The notes beneath the pieces are model-generated. The model was not told where the DNA came from. It searched no databases and saw only the letters and a list, made by a program, of their open reading frames with translations. A stretch of DNA of 19,967 bases from Chlamydiota bacterium (GTDB lineage: Bacteria; Auribacterota; Tritonobacteria; UBA1439): contig JBAXOY010000052.1 in the NCBI GenBank assembly GCA_037133055.1, positions 1 to 19,967 on the forward strand. The letters run 5' to 3'. Made by a program: the position numbers and the translations under genes. Position 1 is the first letter of the stretch. Each line of letters opens with the position of its first letter. Below, one piece after another: positions 1 through 8,627 of this stretch.

Positions 1-1
1 G

Positions 2-217
2 GCTCCCCGACGCCACCGCCCCCACCGTCGCGTTCGTGTCGAGGCCGGTGTCGAAGACGAAATCCAGATAGATATTCGAACCCGGCACGGGTGTCGTCGC
101 CACGTTGATCGAGCCGTAACTGTCATACGACGCTGCCGTTTGCCCCTCCGCCCGGAGCGGGACAGCGGCATATACGATCAGCGCACAGCCGATAAATGCG
201 GATGCCATTCTTTTCAT
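2..217 (-). CDS. Secreted protein, probable PEGA-like domain (partial, runs off the left edge)
   Basis: Not in the ORF track. ATG at 217 with AGGAG upstream. Hand translation: MKRMASAFIGCALIVYAAVPLRAEGQTAASYDSYGSINVATTPVPGSNIYLDFVFDTGLDTNATVGAVASGS. Signal-peptide-like N-terminus followed by a GSINVxTxPxPGxxIYLD pattern resembling the start of PEGA domains. Confidence 0.7.
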   Translation of the reverse strand, partial: MKRMASAFIGCALIVYAAVPLRAEGQTAASYDSYGSINVATTPVPGSNIYLDFVFDTGLDTNATVGAVASGS

Positions 218-348
218 GCGAGTTCTCCTAAAACGCGTTGCGGTTGGACACGGACACCATGAAACATGCCGAGTCAATAATCCGTAACAGCCCTTTCAAT
301 ACAAATCCTCATTTCGTAACTACTCAGGGTGCTTCCCCCTCGATTTTC

Positions 349-377
349 ATGATACTACCATGCCCCCCCGAAAGCAA
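349..377 (-). promoter_or_regulatory. Putative sigma70-type promoter for the PEGA-like gene
   Basis: Minus strand reads TTGCTT-17 bp-TATCAT, ~130 bp upstream of the ATG at 217. Confidence 0.4.
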
Positions 378-515
378 GAACAAAATTTATGCCCGAAAAA
401 ACAACATATTTTCGGCGGCCATATTGCATCGATGCGCTGCGCGGCGGCTAAACGATAAAGCCCGCGGCGGCTTTTTGCCGCCCGCTGGAGCGCCTTGATA
501 ATGATGGTGTTTTTC

Positions 516-1370
516 TCATTCTTTCCTCAGCACCAATGCGAGACTCGTGACATTTGATTCTAATTTGGTCGGCCATGGCAACTTACCTAAAGGCAAAACA
601 ACAAAGTTAGCCCCTTCCTTCGCGAGGCGTTCCGCAGCCAGGAATGGGCCCGGAATTACTAACCCGTTTGACCATAACGGCTTCAGATTGGGGAAGTAGT
701 CGTGGAGTAAAATCACGCCATTCTGATTAAGCAGGTTCAGCGCGGCGGGAATTTCCTGGTACACTGTCCTGGCCGTATGGTCACCGTCAAGAAAAATAAA
801 ATCGAATCGCCGTTCGCACCTGGTGAAGTAACCGAGCGAAGTATCATTAATAAACTCCACAAACGCCTCATAGCCCATCTCCCTAACCATCTCAATGGGG
901 GATTTCCTTGTGCCATGTTTCAACCAAGGCTTTGAAGCAGGAGAATTTACGTCGTTGCTATCCACGGAGACTATGTCGGCCTGTCTCCCCCCCTTTGTCC
1001 GGTTCATAAAAAGTGCCGAAGCAATATGTAGCGTTGATGCCCCTATGTGTGTGCCAATCTCCAATACCGAAGATGGATTGAGCTTGCTAATCAGATAATA
1101 GATTGCTTTTCTATCGCCGGGATTAACACCGCCTGTTCCGTCGGGAATGGCATACACAGCGATTTTTTGGGTGGAATGCTCCCACCTCATTTCTATTTCG
1201 CGGGAGTCGAACAGCTCTTTTAGATCGATCTTGCTTCTAGGCCGTAGATTCCTGGTCTCGCATTTGAGTCTTTGAATCGGCGACAATTCCTTCATCTCGC
1301 GACGGACGCTGTAGGCTCTTTCAAGAAACGCAGGCATTATCCGCGCTAGTTGTTGTTTGATTCTCATCAT
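516..1370 (-). CDS. Class I SAM-dependent methyltransferase (Methyltransf_24-like), 284 aa
   Basis: Motifs VLEIGTHIGAST, FDFIFLDGDH and ILLHD. Start moved from 1529 to the ATG at 1370, which has TAGGAG upstream and removes the overlap with 1487..1729. Confidence 0.85.
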   Translation of the reverse strand: MMRIKQQLARIMPAFLERAYSVRREMKELSPIQRLKCETRNLRPRSKIDLKELFDSREIEMRWEHSTQKIAVYAIPDGTGGVNPGDRKAIYYLISKLNPSSVLEIGTHIGASTLHIASALFMNRTKGGRQADIVSVDSNDVNSPASKPWLKHGTRKSPIEMVREMGYEAFVEFINDTSLGYFTRCERRFDFIFLDGDHTARTVYQEIPAALNLLNQNGVILLHDYFPNLKPLWSNGLVIPGPFLAAERLAKEGANFVVLPLGKLPWPTKLESNVTSLALVLRKE

Positions 1371-1486
1371 AACGCTCCTATTGGGTTGTATTCCGAGCCA
1401 TCCAACATCGCACATCACCTTCGGTTTGGCCGCCGCGGATACACCGTAAGGTGGAGGTGCGTGTTCTGCAATCTCATCTGGGCCAA

Positions 1487-1729
1487 CTACATCTTCAACT
1501 TCTTGGCAATGTACCCACGCAATGGGCATTGGCAGAAGTACACGTTACCGAATGACAATGCAAAGGCACAGGCAGCACGATTCTCATCGAGACATTCGAG
1601 GTAGTTGTCCAGTCCGAAATCTCTCGCCTTGCAGAGTTGAGTGAAACCGGCCTCCGCACACTTGAAACCTTTGGGGCATTGCATGCCTGCCATGAGCTCG
1701 TCGATCTTCTTCCCGTCGTCCTCTTTCAC
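1487..1729 (-). CDS. Small cysteine-rich hypothetical protein (7 Cys), 80 aa
   Basis: GTG start with AAGGGA upstream; CPKGFKC..LCKA..LECL..ACAF..FCQCP; sits directly downstream of a consensus promoter. Confidence 0.75.
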   Translation of the reverse strand: MKEDDGKKIDELMAGMQCPKGFKCAEAGFTQLCKARDFGLDNYLECLDENRAACAFALSFGNVYFCQCPLRGYIAKKLKM

Positions 1730-1804
1730 GATTTTCCCTTAGATGCAAAATTTGCTATTCAACGCAAATCTCCGTGTGCCGGGGCACCCGCTCCCCGCGT
1801 CCAA

Positions 1805-1833
1805 AGCATAGTGTCGAGGAAAGGTGCTGTCAA
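1805..1833 (-). promoter_or_regulatory. Near-consensus sigma70-type promoter
   Basis: Minus strand TTGACA-17 bp-TATGCT preceded by an A-rich UP-like tract, ~75 bp upstream of the GTG at 1729. Confidence 0.7.
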
Positions 1834-1958
1834 GTTTTTCTTGTTCGCATTTTTTCTGTTCGCGGTCCGAAGAATCTTAACGAGAGACGGTCAGGCGGCT
1901 CCCATAACACTGGAAATTCCGCGGGTTATGGTGAGGTGGGTATGCCACGGGACCTTCG

Positions 1959-3458
1959 CTATGACTGATGCGGGCGACCGATTGCAGACGGCGCCGGACG
2001 GCTATGCCAAGTTCTTGCGCGACGCGGAGAGCCGGGGGTCGAGGCGTGCAGTTGCGCAGCTCGTTTCAGCCGGCCGCAGGGAGAATCGTACCGATGGCCC
2101 CGCTGGCGCATGAACTCCTCGTAGGTCCCCAGATCCTTGCGGCTGTGGCTCCTGTACGAAAGATTGGCCACCAGGCTGATCAGCGGCGCGCGGCGGTGCG
2201 CCACGCTACCGCACACCCTGCGCAGGATGCGCGGCAGGGAATAGAAGTCTCGGTTGCAGGAGAGATTTTCTCTGATTATGCCGTCCAGTGAGAACTGCTT
2301 ATAGCGGGCCACCGGGAAGGTCAGCGTGTAGTATTTCCAGTCTTCCGGGAACGCATCGAGCGCGATGCGGCCCTCCGATTCCATCTGCTTCCACAGGCGC
2401 GTGCCGGGCAGGGGCGTCAGGAACAACAGGTTGAGGTGATCCACGCCGTACCGGCCGGCCGCTGAGGCGATAGCCCCGCCGATGCCCGGTTCGTCCACGT
2501 CCAGCCCGATGATGAAGGAACCCACGACCAGGATGCCGTGCCGCTGTATGCGCCGCACGGAGGCGCGATAGTCACGGCCCTTCAGAAGATCGAATTTCTT
2601 GCCGAGCTCCCGAAGCCCCTCCGGCGTGGGGGTCTCGAAGCCGATGAAGACGCCGCGGCACCCGGCCTCCGCGGCCAGGGACAGGAGCTCTTCGTCGTCG
2701 GCGAAGTTGATGGTGGCCTGGGCGATCCATTTCTTCCGCAGCTTCGCCCGGGCCATGGCGCGGAACAGCTCCTTGGCGCGGTCGACATGTTCGGGGCGCG
2801 TGCCGACGATGTTGTCGTCCACCACCAGGACGTGTTTCTCGCGGATCGACTGGAACTCCCGCACCACATCCGGGATGGGCCGCTGCCGGTAGCGGGCCCC
2901 GTTGAATACCGTCACGCTGCAAAAGCTGCAGTTCAGCGGACATCCGCGCGTGGTCTGGATGGCCCCGAAGGCATACCCCGCAGGCGACAGATCATGGCGG
3001 GGGAGCGGGACATCGTCGAGCCTGGCGAATCCGCCGTCATACCGGCGCTTCAGGCGGCCATGCCGGGCGTCCTCGAGAACCCGCGGCCAGACGCCCTCGG
3101 CCTCCCCCGTGACGATCGAGTCCACGCGCTCCATCACCTCGTCCATGCACATGCTCGCGTGAATCCCGCCCATGACAACGGGAACGCCCAGACGCCGGAA
3201 ATGCGCGGCCACTTCATAGGCGCGGTTCGCCTGCGAGGTGAAGGCGGTGATCCCCACCAGGTCCGGCCGGGGCATGGACGTATAGTCCGGCGCGTCGAGG
3301 TTCTCGTCGATGATCGTGATCTCCCACTCCGGCGGCGTCAGGCCCGCGAGGACCATGAGGCTGAGCGGTTTCCAGACGCGGAACCGGTTCCAGCGGTTCT
3401 TCCTGTCCTGGACAATGCTGACGAGCGGATTGGAGGGGTTGATCAGATACAGTCGCAC
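1959..3458 (-). CDS. Cobalamin (B12)-binding radical SAM protein, 499 aa
   Basis: N-terminal B12-binding-type segments (PLSLMVLAG, DLVGIT, GGIHAS, GEAE), CxxxCxxC motif in TRGCPLNCSFC, then VDDN, IGFET and LTPLPGT. GTG start at 3458 with GAGGTG upstream, 4 bp after the mlaD stop. Confidence 0.9.
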   Translation of the reverse strand: MRLYLINPSNPLVSIVQDRKNRWNRFRVWKPLSLMVLAGLTPPEWEITIIDENLDAPDYTSMPRPDLVGITAFTSQANRAYEVAAHFRRLGVPVVMGGIHASMCMDEVMERVDSIVTGEAEGVWPRVLEDARHGRLKRRYDGGFARLDDVPLPRHDLSPAGYAFGAIQTTRGCPLNCSFCSVTVFNGARYRQRPIPDVVREFQSIREKHVLVVDDNIVGTRPEHVDRAKELFRAMARAKLRKKWIAQATINFADDEELLSLAAEAGCRGVFIGFETPTPEGLRELGKKFDLLKGRDYRASVRRIQRHGILVVGSFIIGLDVDEPGIGGAIASAAGRYGVDHLNLLFLTPLPGTRLWKQMESEGRIALDAFPEDWKYYTLTFPVARYKQFSLDGIIRENLSCNRDFYSLPRILRRVCGSVAHRRAPLISLVANLSYRSHSRKDLGTYEEFMRQRGHRYDSPCGRLKRAAQLHASTPGSPRRARTWHSRPAPSAIGRPHQS

Positions 3459-3462
3459 GGCG

Positions 3463-4227
3463 TCACCTCGTCCCGACCGGGGATGGATTCCCGGGAACCG
3501 TCGGATTCGAGGGGACGGGTTTCTTGTCTTCGATGTAGCCGCGCACCATCCAATGCCGCTGGAGCCCCTCGAACAGCACCTCCGCGTCCCGCAGGGCATC
3601 CCGGAACTGGACCACCGTGCCGTGGATATCCTCCCGCAGAAGTGCTTTCGCCAGGACCTCGTGTTCACGCATGGCGTTGCCGGTCTGCGTCATGAACGCG
3701 GGCATCTGATCGAGCACGGCGTTCAGCCGCTCCAGTGTCGGCAGACCCCTGGTGCGCAGTTCCTCCAGGACCTGCGACGCCTGCGCCGTGATGCCCCTGT
3801 CCGCCGTGCAGGGGATCCGGCTGCCGTCGGGCATCTGCGGCTCGCTGCGGCTGCCGACGGATATGTCCACGTAGGAATCGCCGACCACACGCAGCGTTTT
3901 TTTCACCACCGCCGCCGAATTCGCCCGCACAAAGCCGTGATAACTCTCCTTCAGCTCGAAGGTGGCCTCGATCGTGCCTTCAGCGGTGGGGCGGATGCGG
4001 GCGACGCTGCCGGCGGCCGTGTCGCGGATCCTCACCTCCGATCCCTTTTTCAGCCCGTAGGTCCCTTCCTCGGCCTGAAACACGGTGTGGAGCCGGAACT
4101 TCGGCTCGAACAGGCCCTGGGCGCGTCCCGCGAGGAAGATACCCGCGACCAGGACGGCGATCGCGAGAAGCACAAAGGCGCCGGCGATTTCGTTCACGAA
4201 GCGGAACTTGAATGTCTTCTCCGTCAT
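3463..4227 (-). CDS. mlaD: MCE/MlaD family protein
   Basis: N-terminal TM helix, MCE core (GLKKGSEVRIRDTAAGSV..VVGDSYVDI) and a helical C-terminal tail; adjacent to MlaE- and MlaF-like genes. Confidence 0.85.
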   Translation of the reverse strand: MTEKTFKFRFVNEIAGAFVLLAIAVLVAGIFLAGRAQGLFEPKFRLHTVFQAEEGTYGLKKGSEVRIRDTAAGSVARIRPTAEGTIEATFELKESYHGFVRANSAAVVKKTLRVVGDSYVDISVGSRSEPQMPDGSRIPCTADRGITAQASQVLEELRTRGLPTLERLNAVLDQMPAFMTQTGNAMREHEVLAKALLREDIHGTVVQFRDALRDAEVLFEGLQRHWMVRGYIEDKKPVPSNPTVPGNPSPVGTR

Positions 4228-4262
4228 GGATCATTCCTCCCCGGCTGTCGCCGGTCCGGACA

Positions 4263-4961
4263 TCATCCGTTTTCCACCGCCGCGAGCGCCGCCCCCCGCA
4301 TGGCATAACGGGAGGCGGGCGGCAATTCCGCGTGCCGTTCAACCCGGTCGCTATCCGTCAGCCACAGCACGGCCGCCTTCCGCGCGCAGGCTTCCCGCAC
4401 GGCCGCGATCAGGCGGGGCAGGTGTCCGGGTGGCACCCCGCGCATGGGGTACTCCAGCAGGATCAGCAGGGGGCTCCCGAGGAAGGCACGGACCCATTCG
4501 GCCCGCCGCAGGTCCTGGTGCGGGACCAGGGCCGGCCGGATTTTCGGCACTTCGCTCAGGCCGAACGCGCGGGCCAGCGACTCGGCCTCCGCGAGGATTT
4601 GGGCGGCCGGCCGCCCGGTGTGATGCCGCTGGGAAAGCGCCACGTTCTCTTCCACGCTCAGATTGCTGATCCAGCCGCAGCCGTCGAAGACCCGGCCGAT
4701 CCGGGCGCGCCGCTGCAGCGCCCGCTCCGGGGGCATGGCGGTCCAGACCTCGCCCATGCACAGGACGCGTCCCTCTTCGAGGGGGAGCAGTCCCTCCGCC
4801 ATGCCGGCAATCGGCACATGCTCGCTGCCCTCCTCCGCCCGGATGAGGGTCAGCGTGCCCGGCAGGAACCGCTGGTTGACACACCTCATGCCTGCGTGCC
4901 CGAGCCGCGCCGAGGCGATCGTCACGTCCGCGAATTCAAGGATGGGCTCTTTTCCGTTCAT
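4263..4961 (-). CDS. MlaF-like ABC ATP-binding-fold protein with degenerate catalytic motifs
   Basis: ABC scaffold retained (GLLPLEEGRV, RIGRVF, ISNLSVEENVAL, RAFLGSPLLILLEYP) but Walker A, signature, Walker B and H-loop are substituted; lies between mlaE and mlaD. Confidence 0.8.
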   Translation of the reverse strand: MNGKEPILEFADVTIASARLGHAGMRCVNQRFLPGTLTLIRAEEGSEHVPIAGMAEGLLPLEEGRVLCMGEVWTAMPPERALQRRARIGRVFDGCGWISNLSVEENVALSQRHHTGRPAAQILAEAESLARAFGLSEVPKIRPALVPHQDLRRAEWVRAFLGSPLLILLEYPMRGVPPGHLPRLIAAVREACARKAAVLWLTDSDRVERHAELPPASRYAMRGAALAAVENG

Positions 4962-4966
4962 TCCGA

Positions 4967-5752
4967 TCAGATGTACGTCAACACGGACACCACCGCGGAG
5001 ATGATGAAAAGCGCCGCGATGGAGCGCACGACCGCCCGCGTGGCGGCCTGCGGCACCTCCGTGATGGAATAGCGCACGCTGAGGCCCTCTATGATGCAGA
5101 TGCCCGCCGTGAAAAGGCCCGGCACCAGCGTCTTGGCCAGCAGGTTGTACACATCCGCCGGGTGCACGCCTTTCAGGACGGCATTGAGGAATGCCACCGG
5201 GTCCGCGGCGCCGGCCCCGGAAATGATGCCGAAGAGATACCCGCTGGCAAACGAAACGATGCTGAACCAGATGGTCAGGCAGAACACGGAAAGGGCCATG
5301 GCCAGGGTCCGCGGGATGGCCAGGTAAAGGAGAGGGTCGAGGCCCTGGGAATCCATGACCCCGATCTCGCCGAGCACCTTCATGGTGGCCAGTTCGACGG
5401 CCATGGCCGCGCCGCTGCGCCCGATGACGATGAAATTGACCAGGAGCGGCGCGACCTCGCGGATAATGACCGCGACAAGAACCCCCCCGAGGAGTTCAGA
5501 CTGGCCGGCCTTGCTCAGCCAGACCTGCGCCTGCACGACGACCGAGATGCCCGTCAGAAACGCCACCAGGGACACGAAGGGAAGGGCCTCGACGCCCGTG
5601 AACAGGAGCTGGCGCGCGAACACCGCGCGGGTGGTGCGCGGCCAGTGCCGCGGCCGCGCCGCCTGCCGGAGGATGCTCCACAGGACGGCACACAGGTGCG
5701 CGGCGGCCCGCAGGCGGGCTATGGCATGGCGGCCTATCGTCCCGATTATCAT
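4967..5752 (-). CDS. mlaE: MlaE family ABC transporter permease
   Basis: Multi-TM protein with IREVAPLL, GRSGAAMAVELATMKVLGEI, GLDPLLYLAIPR and VPQAATRAVV, typical of MlaE. Confidence 0.92.
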   Translation of the reverse strand: MIIGTIGRHAIARLRAAAHLCAVLWSILRQAARPRHWPRTTRAVFARQLLFTGVEALPFVSLVAFLTGISVVVQAQVWLSKAGQSELLGGVLVAVIIREVAPLLVNFIVIGRSGAAMAVELATMKVLGEIGVMDSQGLDPLLYLAIPRTLAMALSVFCLTIWFSIVSFASGYLFGIISGAGAADPVAFLNAVLKGVHPADVYNLLAKTLVPGLFTAGICIIEGLSVRYSITEVPQAATRAVVRSIAALFIISAVVSVLTYI

Positions 5753-6101
5753 ACGCAGATGTAATAGACAACTGATTCCGCAGCAGGAGGATCCATATCA
5801 ATTATTCTGTCACGCATCAATTCCCCGTCCGCACATTGTTCCGCACCATGTCTGTGAGAGACGGGAGATTACGCGCCATTCTACTGCAAAAAACAGAAAA
5901 TGACCTCAAATTCTCGGCCCCGCGTCCCGCTCGTCCTCATGCATCCTGCTCTTTTTGCCTGACACCCCCCCAACAAACACCCCCAAGGGGTAATAGTGAT
6001 ATTTCCGAAAGGGCGATACGCTGGTCGGCAACGGATGGATTACCTATAGAAGGGAGGGGGATGACCCAATTAATTGAGAGCACGCTGATACAGGAGCATT
6101 T

Positions 6102-6557
6102 CTATGGCCTGTGCGCGGTGAGTTTTTTCTTCCCATTGCTCTCTTTTTGCGTGAAGATCCCCGAGATTACTTCTTCGAAGTTTGATGTCCCCATGGTGGG
6201 GGTGGCCATGCACTTCCCACCCTTGACGACGTGGGGGCCATGGTCACAGCAATTATTGCAGTTCTTATGGTCAAGGTCCGTGGTTATCCCCGCCTCCTTG
6301 TACTTTTTAATGAGGTCTTCCAGTGCAATGCCAAGGCCCGCCTTGTGGTACTCTTCTATGAGTTTGCTCGTGGGGGTGCAGCAACATGTCCCTTCGAGAA
6401 TCCACGGTCGGGCGCCGGACATATGTCCAATAGTGGAATTGCAATATTTTATAGGGGGAGGGATCATGGATTTCGGCACATACTTCGGCGCAACGCATCC
6501 CACGATTGCGCACAACACTATCGCGCATAGCGCGCTTCCATTTCCAAGATATCGCAT
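6102..6557 (-). CDS. Cys/His-rich putative lipoprotein, hypothetical (alternative start 6578)
   Basis: Lipobox-like IVGC; mature part has CCC and HKNCNNCCDHGPH; directly follows 6581..7846. Confidence 0.7.
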   Translation of the reverse strand: MRYLGNGSALCAIVLCAIVGCVAPKYVPKSMIPPPIKYCNSTIGHMSGARPWILEGTCCCTPTSKLIEEYHKAGLGIALEDLIKKYKEAGITTDLDHKNCNNCCDHGPHVVKGGKCMATPTMGTSNFEEVISGIFTQKESNGKKKLTAHRP

Positions 6558-6580
6558 GGCATGCCCTTTCCTCTTCATCG

Positions 6581-7846
6581 CTAGCTCTTCTTGTTTTGGT
6601 TGTGAATATCACTCACGCTCCTCATGAATAGTATCGGCATCTCACCCTTTGTCAGGTTGATGAAGTGCCATACCTGCTGATATCTTTCAAGCGGCCTATC
6701 TTTGTAGTCAAAAAAATCCAGCCGTATCGTATGCAACCCCGGTGGTGCCACGCCCATAAAGAGATGTATTTCTCCAGGCAGGGTTTCCCAGAATCTCATA
6801 TCTGCTTCCCCTCCTCCCGTAAGCATGCCGCTTGCGCCAAAAGAAGCCAGTGATAATCCCTGCCTCGCTACCGTACCTATAACTTTGCGGGCGACTTTAC
6901 CCATGAGGCGTCCCCCCGCAGTACTCGCCTGATAACCAACATCGCCGAGCTGGTACGTCCGGCCTGCGCATACACCGTCTATATAGACCCTTGCGTACTT
7001 CTCTGCATACGAACCTTTTCTCTTTTTAAAGCTCCCCGCCATACCGCTCAGGGGAGGGCCCAAATAGCCGCAATCGAGTAGAATGACAAACTCCTCTCGA
7101 CCGTCCTTGCCCGGGGCGCTATTCAAGCATGAGTCAGGACACAGGGAACGGAACTTGTCGATACATCTCTTGTATTCATCCTCGTTTTTTTGAGCCCTTG
7201 CAAGCTTCGCGGCCTCATACCATCCGTACGCGCATTCGGGATTGCACCGCGTAACGCTGCGCAAGGCGACCAATGCATCATCGAAAAGGCCCATCTCTCC
7301 ATATGAGATCCCCATGAGGTAGTGAACAGGTGAGAAATCAGCATCCTGTTCGGCTTTCTTGCCCTTGTCGGCGAGGAGCGATTTCTTCAACTCTATTATG
7401 GCATTTTCGTAGTCCCGGTCTTTGACGAAACATAGCGCATTGGAGTAGTGCGCCATAATCCCGTCTTCAGGTCTCCCCCGGTAGATTTTCTGCGGATCTG
7501 AGACCACAAGATTGATCCCGGTTTCTGCGCCGGTCAGGGTTTCGTCAAGGGTTTTCTCGGCGGCGAGAAATGATTTCTGCGCATCGAAGAAATCTCCCGA
7601 CGCCATATATGCCCTGCCGAGGAACAACAGGTAAAGAGGGTAATTGATGCCCTGCTTCTCTTTCAGTTTCTTGAACTGATCCACCGATTTCTCATTGTCG
7701 CCGCGCTGGAACGCCTGCTTCCCTGGGGCAATCGAACGGCCGTAATCCATCTGTGCAAATGGCCCTAATGAAAAGTGACGTGCGCACCCCGCTGCGGTGA
7801 CAATCAAGAACGCGACGCAACACCCCATCAGCCTTCTTGCCTTCAT
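6581..7846 (-). CDS. TPR-containing lipoprotein, COG3014-like, 421 aa
   Basis: ATG at 7846 with GGAGG upstream; lipobox AAGC; TPR-like helices (LFLGRAYMASGDFFDAQKSF, HYLMGISYGEMGLFDDAL); ADMRFWETLP motif resembling the COG3014 C-terminal region. Confidence 0.78.
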   Translation of the reverse strand: MKARRLMGCCVAFLIVTAAGCARHFSLGPFAQMDYGRSIAPGKQAFQRGDNEKSVDQFKKLKEKQGINYPLYLLFLGRAYMASGDFFDAQKSFLAAEKTLDETLTGAETGINLVVSDPQKIYRGRPEDGIMAHYSNALCFVKDRDYENAIIELKKSLLADKGKKAEQDADFSPVHYLMGISYGEMGLFDDALVALRSVTRCNPECAYGWYEAAKLARAQKNEDEYKRCIDKFRSLCPDSCLNSAPGKDGREEFVILLDCGYLGPPLSGMAGSFKKRKGSYAEKYARVYIDGVCAGRTYQLGDVGYQASTAGGRLMGKVARKVIGTVARQGLSLASFGASGMLTGGGEADMRFWETLPGEIHLFMGVAPPGLHTIRLDFFDYKDRPLERYQQVWHFINLTKGEMPILFMRSVSDIHNQNKKS

Positions 7847-7884
7847 GGTATATACCTCCAAATGAACGGAAGGCGCTGAACCGT

Positions 7885-8460
7885 TTACCAATCCATGATA
7901 TTTTTTCCAAACATCTTTTTTAACTCGCTTTCTTCACCCCATACTATCTCCCCGGTTTCCACATTCGTCAGCTTAAGGGAACAGCGATACCATGTCATAC
8001 TCTTGGTGGACTTTTGTTTCTCTATCGATTCCAAGCTCCCTGAGAGGAAATAATCGGTTCCCGCGAGCTTCCCTATCTGTTTCATTTTTGCCGGATCAAC
8101 ATAGCCAGATTCACCAAACTGAAGTTCCTCAACAACCTTATCTATATTCTCTCTGTCCACGAATCGGACCTTTCCTGTTTTAAGGAGCGCAATTCTTAAC
8201 TTGTCGGCTATCCCGTCAGTATTGATATGTTCAGAGGTGAAGTTGCGTATGCGCAGCAACGCCATCCGCGGGGGAGCGGTGCTCTGAGCAATGTTGGGAG
8301 ATGAGATAAGCGAAACAGCCATTGTATCCGCCATGATTTTTACATCGGTATCACTGAATTTATCATCAAATAATGTCACGTTATCAGGACTTATGTAGGT
8401 AACGCTGGAGCATCCACATAGGAGAGCGAGCACGAGTACGGGAATGTAATATGGTCTCAT
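7885..8460 (-). CDS. lpoB: LpoB-like (CsgG/HfaB fold) lipoprotein
   Basis: Lipobox LCGC; IRNFTSEHINT, GKVRFVDR, IGKLAGTDYFLSGSL and LKLTNVETGEIVW are characteristic of LpoB/CsgG-family proteins. The symbol is family-level only. Confidence 0.75.
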   Translation of the reverse strand: MRPYYIPVLVLALLCGCSSVTYISPDNVTLFDDKFSDTDVKIMADTMAVSLISSPNIAQSTAPPRMALLRIRNFTSEHINTDGIADKLRIALLKTGKVRFVDRENIDKVVEELQFGESGYVDPAKMKQIGKLAGTDYFLSGSLESIEKQKSTKSMTWYRCSLKLTNVETGEIVWGEESELKKMFGKNIMDW

Positions 8461-8579
8461 AGGTTCACCTATTTAATTCTGAATGAACTTTGCACCAGTT
8501 TGATTGAATCTGCCGATCATAATCTTTTCCAAAATAGGAATATCGTGTCACTCATTTTCATAAAGTAATTTCACATGCC

Positions 8580-8599
8580 GCCCCCGCCTCCGCGGGGGC
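8580..8599. repeat. GC-rich inverted repeat (8-bp stem, 4-nt loop)
   Basis: GCCCCCGC-CTCC-GCGGGGGC, 28 bp past the stop of 8628..9431; no clear U-tract on the minus strand. Confidence 0.7.
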
Positions 8600-8627
8600 A
8601 ACAACGGTTAAAATGCCCAACTTACGG

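Noticed and set aside
238..498. 86-aa plus-strand ORF
   Set aside because: No clear RBS or motifs, and it overlaps the likely promoter region of the divergent gene.
6230..6275. CNNCCDH as a c-type heme site
   Set aside because: Does not match CxxCH; kept only as a generic Cys/His cluster.
5836..6627. 263-aa plus-strand ORF
   Set aside because: TTG start, no motifs, and largely antisense to the lipoprotein gene that fits the minus-strand operon.
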